The notes beneath the pieces are model-generated. The model had not been told where the DNA came from and made no database searches. It saw only the letters and a list, made by a program, of their open reading frames with translations. DNA of 64,000 nucleotides, taken from Candidatus Latescibacterota bacterium (GTDB lineage Bacteria > Latescibacterota > CBDEFO01). Every line of letters begins with the position of its first letter. The stretch's first letter is position 1. The stretch covers positions 544,001 to 608,000 of the forward strand of contig CBDEFO010000007.1 of the NCBI GenBank assembly GCA_965237525.1. The letters run 5' to 3'. The translations under genes and the position numbers were made by a program. This document shows positions 18,575-30,125 of this stretch, piece by piece.

Positions 18575-20023
18575 ATGTGGGCAAATCTGATAAAGATTAG
18601 GCGGACAACCCTTATAGGCGTTTTGACGCTTTTAGGCGTCATAGGGATTATGACTTTGAGCGTTATAGCCCGGGGGGAACCCAAAAAGGAGAGGAGAATC
18701 CTCTACTGGCAGGCTCCTATGGATCCTAACTACATCCGCTTTGAACCGGGAAAATCGCCCATGGGGATGGATCTGATACCGGTGTATGAAGACGAGGTCG
18801 GGGAAGTGGAGGCGGGGACGGTCCTGATAGACCCTGTAACGGTTCAGAACATCGGTGTCAAGACCGAAAAAGCGGAAAGTCGTCGCTTACACAAAGTCAT
18901 CAGGACTGTGGGACGGGTGGACTACGATGAGACGAAGATGACCGATGTGAACACCAAGATAGCAGGATGGGTGGAAAAGCTCTTTGTGGACTACACGGGA
19001 CAGAAAGTTAAAAAGGGAGATAGGCTCTTAGAGATTTACAGCCCCGATTTAGTCTCCACTCAGGAGGAGTATCTGACAGCTTTAAGATATAGAGAGACGC
19101 TATCTAAGAGTCCCTTTGCGGATATAGTCGCGGGAGCCGACGCTCTGGTGGAGTCCTCCAGAAGGAGGCTAATATACTGGGATATTACGGAGGAGCAGAT
19201 AGAGGAATTGGAGGAGACAGAAGAGATTAAAAAGACTATGACTTTGTACTCCCCTCAAAATGGAATCGTGGTCCACAAATCGGTCTTTGACGGGATGCAC
19301 ATAAAGTCGGGCGAGCATCTGTACAGGATAGGGGATATTTCGACAATATGGGTCTACGCGGATATATACGAATACGAACTTTCCTGGATAGAGGAGGGCC
19401 AAAAGGCACACATGACATTGGCTTACTATCCGGGTGAGACTTTTGAGGGGAAAATCACCTTTGTCTATCCCTTCTTGGAATCCAAGACGAGGACTGTCAA
19501 AGCAAGGATAGAGTTCCCCAACTATGACTGGAAGCTCAAACCTCATATGTATGTGAACGTCAACATTATGCCCGAAGTCGCAAAGGAGACAGTAGTAGTT
19601 CCCGATAACGCCGTGATCCATTCAGGGGAAAGACAGATAGTAATTGTGGATAAAGGCGGTGGAAAATTCCAGCCGAGAGAGATCACATTAGGGGTTGAGG
19701 CCGGTGGATATTATCAGGTGTTGGACGGAGTCTACGAGGGCGAGCGCATTGTCACATCTGCCAACTTCTTGATAGATTCTGAGAGCAATCTCAAGGCCGC
19801 TATAAGCACTATGATAAGCGCAAAGACTGAGGCGGCTGCCGAAGAAGGTGAGATGGAACATGAAGAGATGAAGATGGAAGAGGATAAGTCCGATACCACA
19901 GAGTTGAAAGACAACCAGAACGGTACTAAACATGAGGAAATGAAACATGAAGGGATGAAGATGAAGGAGAATGAGGCCGACACAACAAAGTCCAAGCACA
20001 ATCATAAAGATATGAAGCGCTAA
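18575..20023 (+). CDS. cusB: CusB-type periplasmic adaptor with heavy-metal-binding domain and Met/His-rich tail
   Basis: WQAPMDP...PGKSPMGMDL, IYSPDLVSTQEEYL, ANFLIDSESNL. Confidence 0.9.
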   Translation: MWANLIKIRRTTLIGVLTLLGVIGIMTLSVIARGEPKKERRILYWQAPMDPNYIRFEPGKSPMGMDLIPVYEDEVGEVEAGTVLIDPVTVQNIGVKTEKAESRRLHKVIRTVGRVDYDETKMTDVNTKIAGWVEKLFVDYTGQKVKKGDRLLEIYSPDLVSTQEEYLTALRYRETLSKSPFADIVAGADALVESSRRRLIYWDITEEQIEELEETEEIKKTMTLYSPQNGIVVHKSVFDGMHIKSGEHLYRIGDISTIWVYADIYEYELSWIEEGQKAHMTLAYYPGETFEGKITFVYPFLESKTRTVKARIEFPNYDWKLKPHMYVNVNIMPEVAKETVVVPDNAVIHSGERQIVIVDKGGGKFQPREITLGVEAGGYYQVLDGVYEGERIVTSANFLIDSESNLKAAISTMISAKTEAAAEEGEMEHEEMKMEEDKSDTTELKDNQNGTKHEEMKHEGMKMKENEADTTKSKHNHKDMKR

Positions 20024-20049
20024 GATGATTCCGTGGAGGTTGTGAGAAG

Positions 20050-23000
20050 ATGTTAGAAAAGATCATAGAAGCGAGTATCAACAACAAGTTCCTGGTTATC
20101 CTTTTTACCCTCTTTGCTGTGGGATGGGGGGTATATGCGATGCTCAATACACCCTTAGATGCCATACCTGATCTTTCGGACGTTCAGGTGATAATTTTCA
20201 CTGAGTATCCAGGTCAGGCCCCCCAGGTGGTGGAAGATCAGATCACCTATCCTTTAACGACGGCTATGTTGGCTGTGCCCTTTGCTAAAGTAGTGAGAGG
20301 ATATTCGTTCTTCGGTCTCTCATTTGTGTATGTGATCTTTGAGGACGGGACAGATATGTACTGGGCCCGAAGCCGCGTCCTTGAGTATCTGAACTTCGTA
20401 TCCGGGAGGTTGCCCGGAGGCGTGACTCCGAGTCTGGGACCTGACGCCACAGGTGTCGGATGGGTCTATGAGTATATATTAGAGAGCGACAGGCACGATC
20501 TGAGCGAACTCCGATCCATACAGGACTGGTACTTAAGGTATGAGCTTACGAGCGTGCCCGGAGTCGCCGAGGTGGCGAGCGTCGGAGGGTTCGTCAAGCA
20601 GTATCAGGTGACTGTGGACCCCAATAAGCTCATCGCCTACAATATCCCTCTGCACAAGGTTAAGATGGCCATCCAAAGGAGCAACAACGACGTGGGCGGA
20701 AGGCTCGTGGAGTTTGCTGAAACGGAGTTTATGGTCAGGGCGCTCGGGTATTTCAAGTCTGTGGGAGACATCAAAAAGGTGGCTATAGGCGTGGATATGA
20801 ACGGGACCCCTATTACGGTAAAAGATGTGGGGGACGTTCAGCTCGGCCCTGAGATGAGAAGGGGACTTGCCGAATGGGAGGGAGAAGGTGAAGTAGTCGG
20901 CGGGATAATCATAATGAGATATGGAGAGAACGCCCTTAAAGTTATAGAGAATGTAAAAAAGAAGCTTAAAGATCTCGAAAGGGGTCTCCCCGAAGGGGTG
21001 AAGATCAGGACCGCTTACGACAGGTCTGCCCTGATACTAAGGGCCGTAGACAACCTCAAAGAGAAACTTTTGGAAGAGAGTGTTGTCGTGGCAGCGGTGT
21101 GCATAATCTTTCTGTTGCACTTTAGAAGCTCCCTTGTGGCAATCCTCACTTTGCCTATGGGGATATTGATCTCCTTTATAATTATGCACAAACAGGGCAT
21201 AAACGCCAATATTATGTCTTTGGGGGGCATCGCTATCGCTATCGGAGTTATGATAGATGCAGCGATAGTTATGATAGAAAACGCCCACAAGCACATAGAA
21301 AGGGATAAAGGCGTAAAGGATCACTGGCAGATCATTATGGACGCATCCAAAGAGGTTGGTCCCGCCCTTTTCTACTCGCTTTTAATAATTACACTGTCGT
21401 TTCTGCCCGTCTTCACACTCGAGGCACAGGAGGGCAGGCTCTTTAAGCCCCTGGCGTTCACAAAGACCTATGCTATGGCGGCCGCAGCGCTTTTGTCTAT
21501 AACGATTGTGCCCGTGTTGATGGGATTCTTCATCCGGGGAAGAATACCAAAGGAGAATAAGAATCCTCTCAACCGTCTCCTCATATTCATCTACCGCCCT
21601 GTGATACATCTGGTTCTTAAGTATAGAAAGACGACCATACTTTTGGCTCTTTTGAGCCTCATGATTACCATTTTTCCGTTCGAGAGCCTCATAGTATCCA
21701 AAGTAGAGGATGGAAGGGTATTGAAGCTCTTGACATACGTGGATAAGGCGTTCCCTCTGGAGAAATTGGGATCGGAGTTTATGCCTCCACTGTATGAGGG
21801 GGACCTTCTCTATATGCCTACGACCCTTCCCGGAATATCGGTCACAAAAGCCAGAGATATATTACAGCAGACGGACAAGATAATCCGCACCTTCCCTGAA
21901 GTCCACCACGTCTTCGGAAAGATAGGAAGAGCGGAGACGGCCACAGACCCTGCGCCTTTTAGCATGATAGAAACTACGATCATGCTAAAATCTGAGGACG
22001 AATGGCGGGAGGGGATGACGCCTGAGAAGCTCGTGGAGGAGATGGACGCCGCCATCAAGTTCCCCGGCCTCACCAACGCCTGGACTATGCCTATTAAGAC
22101 CAGGGTAGATATGCTCTCCACCGGGATAAAGACCCCCGTGGGGATCAAGGTAGTAGGGGAAGACCTGGAGGTCCTTCAGGAATTGGGAAAAAAGATCGAA
22201 CAGGTCATAAGGGATGTCCCCGGTACACTAAGTGTATACGCTGAAAGAGTGGTCGGCGGAAACTATCTGGACTTTGAGATAGACAGGGATCAGATAGCCC
22301 GCTACGGTCTGACCGTTGGGGATGTCCAGGACGTGATACAGTCCGCCATCGGCGGGATGAACATCACCACGACCGTCGAGGGACTGGAGAGGTATCCCGT
22401 CAACCTGAGATACGGGAGGGAGCTGAGGGACAACATCCCTGCCCTAAAGAGGGTTCTGGTCCCCACACCGAGGGGCGAGCAAGTCCCCATGGGACAGCTC
22501 GCGGATATAAAAATAAGAAAGGGTCCGCCGGGGATAAAGAGCGAGAACGCCCGCCTGAACGCCTGGATATACATAGACATCAGGGACATAGATGTGGGCA
22601 CTTACGTGGAACGAGCTCAAAAGGCGGTCCTTGAGAACGTCCAGATTCCCGCCGGATATAACATCATCTGGAGCGGACAGTACGAATATATGCAGAGAGC
22701 AAAAGAACGCCTCAAGATCGTCATACCGATAACCCTGGGAATCGTATTCCTGCTTTTGTATTTCAACTTCAAGAACATCACCGAAAGCCTAATTGTGATG
22801 CTCTCACTGCCCTTTGCTTTAGTGGGCGGGATCTGGCTTATGCACATATTAGGTTACAATATGAGCGTGGCGGTGGGAGTTGGGTTCATAGCGCTAGCGG
22901 GCGTCGCTGCCGAGACAGGTGTGATAATGCTAATTTACCTGGATCAGGCCTACAAGGAGAAGCTCCTCGAAAAAGGCGGGTCTATGGGGATAAAAGATCT

Positions 23001-23244
23001 ATACGATGCGATTATCGAGGGAGCTGTGGATAGATTGAGACCCAAGATAATGACTGTAACAGCTATTATGGGAGGTCTTCTACCTATTATGTGGGGTACA
23101 GGCACGGGGTCTGCTGTTATGAGGCGGATTGCTGCTCCTATGGTTGGAGGGATGATCTCATCTACTATACTAACGTTAGTTGTAATTCCTGCTATATATG
23201 CGGTTTGGAAAGGATGGGAGATAAAGAAAAAAAGGCATGCTTAG
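20050..23244 (+). CDS. cusA: CusA/SilA heavy-metal RND efflux permease
   Basis: DAIPDLSDVQVI, ANIMSLGGIAIAIG, GSEFMPPL, SMIET, WTMPIK, RLRPKIMT. Confidence 0.95.
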   Translation: MLEKIIEASINNKFLVILFTLFAVGWGVYAMLNTPLDAIPDLSDVQVIIFTEYPGQAPQVVEDQITYPLTTAMLAVPFAKVVRGYSFFGLSFVYVIFEDGTDMYWARSRVLEYLNFVSGRLPGGVTPSLGPDATGVGWVYEYILESDRHDLSELRSIQDWYLRYELTSVPGVAEVASVGGFVKQYQVTVDPNKLIAYNIPLHKVKMAIQRSNNDVGGRLVEFAETEFMVRALGYFKSVGDIKKVAIGVDMNGTPITVKDVGDVQLGPEMRRGLAEWEGEGEVVGGIIIMRYGENALKVIENVKKKLKDLERGLPEGVKIRTAYDRSALILRAVDNLKEKLLEESVVVAAVCIIFLLHFRSSLVAILTLPMGILISFIIMHKQGINANIMSLGGIAIAIGVMIDAAIVMIENAHKHIERDKGVKDHWQIIMDASKEVGPALFYSLLIITLSFLPVFTLEAQEGRLFKPLAFTKTYAMAAAALLSITIVPVLMGFFIRGRIPKENKNPLNRLLIFIYRPVIHLVLKYRKTTILLALLSLMITIFPFESLIVSKVEDGRVLKLLTYVDKAFPLEKLGSEFMPPLYEGDLLYMPTTLPGISVTKARDILQQTDKIIRTFPEVHHVFGKIGRAETATDPAPFSMIETTIMLKSEDEWREGMTPEKLVEEMDAAIKFPGLTNAWTMPIKTRVDMLSTGIKTPVGIKVVGEDLEVLQELGKKIEQVIRDVPGTLSVYAERVVGGNYLDFEIDRDQIARYGLTVGDVQDVIQSAIGGMNITTTVEGLERYPVNLRYGRELRDNIPALKRVLVPTPRGEQVPMGQLADIKIRKGPPGIKSENARLNAWIYIDIRDIDVGTYVERAQKAVLENVQIPAGYNIIWSGQYEYMQRAKERLKIVIPITLGIVFLLLYFNFKNITESLIVMLSLPFALVGGIWLMHILGYNMSVAVGVGFIALAGVAAETGVIMLIYLDQAYKEKLLEKGGSMGIKDLYDAIIEGAVDRLRPKIMTVTAIMGGLLPIMWGTGTGSAVMRRIAAPMVGGMISSTILTLVVIPAIYAVWKGWEIKKKRHA

Positions 23245-23539
23245 AGACGTTTCAGATACTATGAAACGTTCGCTTCGGGAGGCTTGAGCTTTATGGTGCA
23301 ATGTTTGCGTGTTGACCGAGACAAAACGCGCAGGATGCGCAAAATTTGCATATCTTGAGAGCGGTGTGTTCAATCTTCATAGAAGTTGCTAATTATATAA
23401 GAGTTTGTAAAAAGGTCGCTTATCATCACATAAGAGGCCTTTTTTCTTATTTGCGCGCAGATGGCATGGCAGATGCTAATTCAGTCTACAGAGGATATAG
23501 GAAAACCTGCCAATAGGTTGCTGAATAAGGGGATAAAAG

Positions 23540-23796
23540 ATGGTCCTAGGCACGGACGTAACGATGGACAAAGACAGGAGTTTGAATAGATACCTGGAAG
23601 AGATTAAACCATATAAACGCTTGTCCACCCGGCAGGAGAGGGAACTTGCGGCAAAGACAAAAAAGGGAGACATAGAGGCCAGGGACAGGTTGGTCAGGGC
23701 TAATCTGCGCTTCGTCGTGAAGGTAGCAAAGGAATATCAAAACTGTGGGCTACCGCTAACTGATATCATAAGCCAAGGGAATATGGGCCTGATTAG
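23540..23796 (+). pseudogene. Sigma-70 (RpoD/RpoS-type) factor N-terminal fragment interrupted by IS1182
   Basis: LNRYLEEI, LVRANLRFVVKVAKEY, DIISQGNMGLI, then the IS left end. Confidence 0.85.
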
Positions 23797-24641
23797 AAGG
23801 CTTGTGAAAAACCCTTAAATGGAAAAAATAGTATAAAAACATTGACGGAGCAATCTCGATGTATTATATTATATGATTGATAATATTATACATGGAGGGA
23901 ATAATAACGCCACAAAAGAAGGAACAGACAAATCCGATATGTCACTATTTTCGGATGGAGGATTTAGTTCCCCAAGACCATATTCTCCGTCAAATTGATA
24001 AAGCGGTTGATTTTTCATTTGTACGAGACGTTGTGTCAACTTGTTATTGTACTGACAATGGCAGACTTGGTATTGACCCTGAGCTAGTTGTGCGTATAAT
24101 TCTTATCGGCTACCTGTATAATTTGAGTGAGAATAGACTTTGTCAGGAAGTGGCGATGCATGCGGCATATCGCTTATTTTGTCATCAGACATTTGAGGAC
24201 GAGGTTCCGGATCGGAGCACGATCAACAAGCTTCGCAATCACAAGTGGGCATCCAGTGGTTTGTTTGAACAGATAATGCATCAGATAGTCCAGCGCTGCA
24301 TAGATGTTGGTGTTGTGAGCGGTAGACACCTAAGTGTCGATGGCACTCAGATACAAGCTGATGTTTCAGTAAAGAGTATTGATCCCCGATTGAGTCTATC
24401 GGGGAAGCAATCTAAAGGTTTTATAGTGGTCTCCTATGAGAGCCGGGGAGTATTACATCTACCACAGAATCGAGATTGCTTCGCCTTCGGCTCGCAATGA
24501 CACCGAAGGTGGTTAAACGACATAACTATAATATAATTCAATCCCTTAATTAATGCACTGCCTTTTTTTGTGAATTATTCGGGTTAGCCAGTAGTTGGCA
24601 TTTTCGAGCGCTTTTTACATGGTGACTATTTCAGAAGGCTT
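23797..24641 (+). mobile_element. Internally deleted IS1182-family element
   Basis: Ends AAGGCTTGTGAAA / TTTCAGAAGGCTT, TTAG on both flanks; 5' part of transposase homologous to 35359-36714, start ATG changed to ATA. Confidence 0.85.
24384..24586 (+). mobile_element. MITE family A, left-truncated copy nested in IS1182
   Basis: Matches 43381-43561 including the right TIR. Confidence 0.8.
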
Positions 24642-24865
24642 TTAGTGCAGGTCATCGTTCCCTCCTCGGAAAAGGATGAATGTAAATACGACTTGCTTCC
24701 TAAATATATCATCCTGCCCCCGGATAGGCGATGACCTTTCTTATCTCAACCAAATTTACAGAAATTTACGGATTCAATCCATATTTCACGGTTGTGTATC
24801 AAACTTTAGACAAAGATGTCTATAAGATCATAAGTGTATACGAAAACAGATAAAGATGATGGAGA

Positions 24866-25234
24866 ATGAAAAGAACAAAGTGCGAGGAATGTGGTGGAAG
24901 AATCATAAGGGAGAAAGTGAACTATGACTATCTGGGAGAGCATATTGGCAGATTTGAAGCTGAGATATGCAGTAAATATGGTGAGATAGTCTTCGATAAA
25001 GAAGTGAGTGACGAAATAGAAAAAAGAGTAAAAGACAGGGAATTATATGGCCTTGCAGTAAACACTAAGGTAGGCATCGCTGGCTCGTCTTATGTAATTA
25101 GAATAAACAAAAAACTGGCGGAGTTCCTAAAACTCGAGAAAGGAGAAGAAGTCCATATTCATCCTGAGGGCAGGAAAAAAAATAGTAATCCAAACATCGA
25201 AATGACGCCAGAAAAAACCGGAAAGTTAAATTAG
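24866..25234 (+). CDS. YgiT-type zinc finger fused to an AbrB/MazE-like domain (probable antitoxin)
   Basis: CEECGG...CSKYGE (second CxxC damaged), KVGIAGSSYVIRINKKL; preceded by a toxin-like C-terminal scrap ending at 24852. Confidence 0.65.
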   Translation: MKRTKCEECGGRIIREKVNYDYLGEHIGRFEAEICSKYGEIVFDKEVSDEIEKRVKDRELYGLAVNTKVGIAGSSYVIRINKKLAEFLKLEKGEEVHIHPEGRKKNSNPNIEMTPEKTGKLN

Positions 25235-25303
25235 GAAAAGTAATTTACATAATAGAAAAGATAAAATTCATTACAGATTTCTCGAAAAGTAGACATTGCA
25301 TAG

Positions 25304-25733
25304 AACTACAGTTTTGCTGCATTGCTTCGGATTAAGCAAGCCTCTCGAACACCTCTTTGCGTGGGAGAAAATCTCTATTTGCGCTACGGTTTCCGTGATA
25401 TCTTGGAAAAGCAAGCTGTGGATGTGATTATGCCGGACATCTCGAAGTGCGGCGGTCTTTCGGAATGTCGCAAAATCGCGAATATGGCAGAAATTTACTA
25501 CATTCCGATGGCGCCACACAACAACAGTGGTCCGCTTTAAACTCTTGCGGATAGCCCTATATGCGCTAGCATTCCGAACTTCCTTGCATTAGGAATGGCA
25601 TCGCTTTGGTGATCGAACGTGGGATAACACGCTTCTGGCGGATGCGCCTTTAATACAAAATGGATATGTTTTACTGCCAGATAACCCTGGTCGTGGGGCA
25701 GAGCTGAACGAAGAATACAGTCAGCAGGACTAA
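25304..25733 (+). pseudogene. Mandelate racemase/galactonate dehydratase family C-terminal fragment
   Basis: GENLY, MPDISKCGG, MAPHN; in-frame TAA at 25538, later PGRGAELNE. Confidence 0.8.
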
Positions 25734-25820
25734 GGACCGCTGTTCCAGTAAACAGGATACCTTTGAGCTTGTACTATTTGGGAAATTATTACTATCTCAA
25801 AATAAAAGCGTGGAGATTCT

Positions 25821-26393
25821 ATGACAGGGACACAACGTGTATTGACGACTGGAGAAGTTGCAAAGTATTGTCAAGTGACACCAATGACAGTGCTGAACTG
25901 GATCAATTCCGACCAGCTAAAGGCCTACCAGACCCCTGGGGGACACTACCGGGTCCAACACGATGATTTTAAAGATTTCCTGAAGCGGCACGGCATGCCG
26001 ATAAGGATGGATCTCTTCCCGGAGGAACGGAAGAAGATACTTGTTGTCGATGATGAGCCTCAGGTCGTCGATTTTATTCTCAGGGTTCTCAGAGGGAGAT
26101 TCCCAGATTTTGAGTTTGACACTGCGTTCAACGGCTACGATGCGGGTTTTCAGGCGGCGGTATTGAGGCCAGATCTTGTCATTCTGGATATTCGGATGCC
26201 AGGGATAGATGGGTTTGAGGTCTGCCGGAGGATCAAGACATCTCAGGAGACGATGTCGGCCAGGGTTCTGGCGATCACGGCATTTCCTGAGGATCAGAGT
26301 GTTGAACGTATAATGGCGAGTGGTGCAGATGACTATCTTATCAAGCCGTTTGATGCGAAAGAACTGATCTCGAAAATTTTATCACTTACGTAA
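25821..26393 (+). CDS. Response regulator with N-terminal excisionase-type HTH, copy 1
   Basis: LTTGEVAKYC..TPGGHYR; ILVVDD, LDIRMP, KPF. Confidence 0.88.
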   Translation: MTGTQRVLTTGEVAKYCQVTPMTVLNWINSDQLKAYQTPGGHYRVQHDDFKDFLKRHGMPIRMDLFPEERKKILVVDDEPQVVDFILRVLRGRFPDFEFDTAFNGYDAGFQAAVLRPDLVILDIRMPGIDGFEVCRRIKTSQETMSARVLAITAFPEDQSVERIMASGADDYLIKPFDAKELISKILSLT

Positions 26394-26889
26394 GTAAGCA
26401 ACTTTATAAAAAATATCATCGATACGCTGTCACACGCCCTTTTAGTCTTAGATAAGGTTTAATCAAAAGATAGTTCTCCTTATAGACGTAAGTGAAATCA
26501 CGAGTCTCCAAGAACCTCCTAATGACTGCCGAGGAGACCCTCCCTTTCTGTCCAAAGACCCGCTTTAGAAAATCCGCTACGATTTTGTGATAAGCTACAT
26601 CATCCTGCCTTTCCAGTCTTTTGGTAATTTGATCTCCGATGAAAAAATACCGTTAATTTCTCGCGATCTATCCTCTCTTCCTCAGAATCCACCTTTCCCC
26701 TGGAAGTCCCTTCTCATATACAATGTTCTTTCTGTTTTCAACTTACCCTCAAATCGAGATAGGGATTCAACTAAGTGATCCCCATCACAGTTTTCCCTTG
26801 ATAAAGTGTGGTTAATTGTGTATATTATATCAAAAATACAAAAACAATAAACAATTGCCCTATAAAAAGACAAGATCTGGGAGGATTCT

Positions 26890-27498
26890 ATGTCAGACAC
26901 ATAACGTCTATTGACGACTGGGGAAGTTGCAAAGTATTGTCAAGTGACACCAATGATAGTGCTGAACTGGATCAATTCTGGTGGGTTAAAGGCCTATCAG
27001 ACCCCTGGGGGACACTACCGGGTCCAACACGATGATTTTAAAGATTTCCTGAAGCGGCACGGCATGCTGATCAGGATGGATCTCTTCCCCGAGGAACGGA
27101 AGAAGATCCTTGTTGTCGATGATGAGCCTCAGGTCGTCGACTTTATTCTCAGGGTTCTCAGAGGGAGACTCCCAGATTTTGAGTTTGACACTGCGTTCAA
27201 CGGCTACGATGCGGGTTTTCAGGCGGCGGTATTGAGGCCAGATCTTGTCATTCTGGATATTCGGATGCCAGGGATAGATGGGTTTGAGGTCTGCCGGAGG
27301 ATCAAGACATCTCAGGAGACGATGTCGGCCAGGGTTCTGGTGATCACGGCATTTCCTGAGGATCAGAGTGTTGAACGTATAATGGCGTGTAGTGCAGATG
27401 ACTATCTTATCAAGCCGTTCGATGCGAAAGAACTGATCTCGAAAATTTTATCACTTATCGATGAGTCCCCGCCCAGGATAATCGCGAGGGTGAGCTGA
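26890..27498 (+). pseudogene. HTH-REC response regulator copy 2 with TAA at codon 5
   Basis: Near-identical to copy 1; CAA in copy 1 is TAA at 26902; restart at TTG 26911 is possible. Confidence 0.75.
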
Positions 27499-27558
27499 GC
27501 GCATAGGAGCGTCTGTCGTTTTTCAATAAGACTGATTGAGAATAAGAGGGGTTGATTC

Positions 27559-29673
27559 GTGGATACAACAACGAACAGATCAATCGATACTGCCAGTGCC
27601 GACATCACCGAGCGCAAGCGGGAGGAGGAGGGGCTGAAAGAGTCAGAGACAAAGTATCAAGACCTCTACGATAACGCTCCGGATATGTTTGTATCAATAG
27701 ATGCTACGACAGCGAAAATTATCCGGTGTAACCGGACTTTCGCGACAGCTATGGGATACACCAAGGAAGAAATTATCGGACGCCCCATTTTCGATATGTG
27801 TCACCCCGATTGTATAGAGGATGTAAAAAAGGCCTTTCAGTTGTTTGTGGAGACCGGCGAGGTGCATGATGCTGAGCTTCAATTGAGACGAAAAGATGGA
27901 AGCAAAATTGAAGTTAGTTTAAATGTATCTGCTGTTCGCGATGATCAGGGTAATATCCTTCACAGCAGATCTATCTTGCGAGACATCACCGAGCGCAAGC
28001 AGGTAGAGGAGGCGCTGCAGGTGAAGACCAAACAACTGTCAGCAGTCACCAATGCAATGACAAGCTTCCTCATGAGCGGGAACTGGCAAGAGGCAACTGC
28101 TATTCTCCTGAGCAGCGCCTTAGAGCAGACGAACAGTGAGTACGGATTTGCAGGGGCTGTCGTGGATGAGCCGGGAGGGCAAGTCTTACGTATCCTTTCT
28201 CACGAAGGTATCATCTGGGATAAACATAGAGGGAGGAAGTTGTATGAGGACGCTATCGGTACCTATAAGCGGCTCGGCTACTTGACATTCCCAGACTTCG
28301 ACAATTTGTTCGGTAAAGTAATCACGAGCAAAGAGACGGTCATTGCTAACGATCCGGCAACTGATTCTCGTACTGGCGGCATCCCTGAGGGCCACCCATC
28401 CCTGAATCACTTCCTCGGAGTCCCCGTGCTCATGAAGGGGGAGGTCGTAGGGCTGATTGGCGTTGCCAATCGGTCAGGAGGATACACTAATGCTGAGCAG
28501 GCCAAGATCGAGATTCTGACTCAGGCAGCTGGAGTCCTCTACGATAGCTACCGTCAACAGCTCCGGGAGGATGTGCTCGAGAAGGAGCGCAAGCAGGCGG
28601 AAGAGGCATTGCAGGAAAGCGAAAGGCGTCTTCGCACCGTTGTTTCCAATGTGCCCATTGTCCTGTTCTCAATGGATAACAAGGGCGTGATTATGTTTGA
28701 AGACGGCAAAGGTATGAATGCTATAGGATTCAAGCCAGGCGAGAGCGTCGGAAAGTCGGTCTTTGAAGTGTACCGTGACGTGCCATATATTGTGGAAAGC
28801 GCTCGTCGCGCACTTTCCGGCAAAGAGTTGACTTTGATTGGGGAAGTGGGCGAGTTGACGTTCGAGGTTCGGTGTTCTCCGCTCCGAGACGAAAGAGGCC
28901 AAGTCACCGGCGTCATCGGCGTTGCTACCGACATCACCGAACGTAAGCACGTGGAAGAAACGCTGAGGCAACAGACGGCGGCTCTGAAGCGTTCCAATGC
29001 CGAACTGCAACAGTTTGCCTATGTGGCCTCGCACGACTTGCAGGAACCGCTGCGCATGGTATCCAGCTACACACAGCTCCTGGCGCGGCGCTACAAAGGC
29101 AAACTCGATGCCGACGAGTTCATCTCCTACGCCGTGGACGGCGCAAACAGGATGCAGATGCTGATCAACGACCTTTTAGCCTATTCTCGTGTGGGCACGC
29201 ACGGTAAGCCTTTCGAACCGACCGACTGCGAAGCCGTCTTTGACCGTGCCCTTGTTAATCTACAGACAGCGCTTGAGGAGAATAATGCGGTAGTGACCCA
29301 CAATCCCCTGCCTACTATAACGGCCGATGCCTCACAACTGGGGCAGCTATTTCAAAACCTTATTGGCAACGCCATCAAGTTCCACGTTGAGGAGCCACCA
29401 CGTGTCCACGTCTCAGCCGAGCAAAAAGGTGATGAATGGGTCTTTTCTGTCCGCGATAATGGCATCGGTATTGACCCGAAATACGCCGAACGCATCTTTG
29501 CGATCTCTCAGCGCCTGCACAGCAAGACCAAGTATCCCGGCACCGGCATCGGCCTTGCGATCTGCCAGAAGATTGTAGAACTCGACGGTGGACGAATCTG
29601 GGTGGAATCGGAGCCCGGAAAGGGCGCAATATTTTACTTCACAATCCCAACGAGAAAAGGTGAACAACCATGA
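27559..29673 (+). CDS. PAS-GAF-PAS sensor histidine kinase
   Basis: DITERK PAC ends, GIPEGHP GAF segment, [11 protein letters not shown]-box, NAIKF, DNGIG, GTGIGL; N-terminus looks truncated. Confidence 0.9.
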   Translation: MDTTTNRSIDTASADITERKREEEGLKESETKYQDLYDNAPDMFVSIDATTAKIIRCNRTFATAMGYTKEEIIGRPIFDMCHPDCIEDVKKAFQLFVETGEVHDAELQLRRKDGSKIEVSLNVSAVRDDQGNILHSRSILRDITERKQVEEALQVKTKQLSAVTNAMTSFLMSGNWQEATAILLSSALEQTNSEYGFAGAVVDEPGGQVLRILSHEGIIWDKHRGRKLYEDAIGTYKRLGYLTFPDFDNLFGKVITSKETVIANDPATDSRTGGIPEGHPSLNHFLGVPVLMKGEVVGLIGVANRSGGYTNAEQAKIEILTQAAGVLYDSYRQQLREDVLEKERKQAEEALQESERRLRTVVSNVPIVLFSMDNKGVIMFEDGKGMNAIGFKPGESVGKSVFEVYRDVPYIVESARRALSGKELTLIGEVGELTFEVRCSPLRDERGQVTGVIGVATDITERKHVEETLRQQTAALKRSNAELQQFAYVASHDLQEPLRMVSSYTQLLARRYKGKLDADEFISYAVDGANRMQMLINDLLAYSRVGTHGKPFEPTDCEAVFDRALVNLQTALEENNAVVTHNPLPTITADASQLGQLFQNLIGNAIKFHVEEPPRVHVSAEQKGDEWVFSVRDNGIGIDPKYAERIFAISQRLHSKTKYPGTGIGLAICQKIVELDGGRIWVESEPGKGAIFYFTIPTRKGEQP

Positions 29674-30116
29674 ATATTGGACAGATCGGTAAGCTGGTTG
29701 AGATTTTGTTGGCGGAAGACAATCCTGGAGACGTGCGCCTGACAGTGGAAGCCCTCAAGGATGCCAAGATGCGTAACAATGTGAGCGTGGTCGAGGATGG
29801 CGCGGAGGCCATGACCTTCCTGCTCCGGGAGGGCAAATACGCCGACGTATCGCGTCCGGATGTCATCCTGCTCGACTTAAACCTGCCTAAGAAAAACGGC
29901 TTTGAGGTATTGGCTGAGATTAAAGAAGACTCCAGTTTAAAACGCATCCCGGTGGTGATTTTGACGACATCGGATTCCGAACAGGACATTCTTGAGACTT
30001 ACGATCTCCACGCGAATTGCTACATCACCAAACCGGTTGACCTGAGTCAGTTCACCAAGGTAGTGCAGACTATCGAGGATTTCTGGCTGGCTATCGTGAA
30101 ACTGCCGTCGGAATGA
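29670..30116 (+). CDS. Single-domain response regulator (Rcp1-like)
   Basis: [29 protein letters not shown]. Confidence 0.92.
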   Translation: MNIGQIGKLVEILLAEDNPGDVRLTVEALKDAKMRNNVSVVEDGAEAMTFLLREGKYADVSRPDVILLDLNLPKKNGFEVLAEIKEDSSLKRIPVVILTTSDSEQDILETYDLHANCYITKPVDLSQFTKVVQTIEDFWLAIVKLPSE

Positions 30117-30125
30117 GAGGACAAT

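Noticed and set aside
24646..24780. IS256-like end sequences (AATTTACAGAAATTTACGGA)
   Set aside because: No transposase or partner end, so too weak to call
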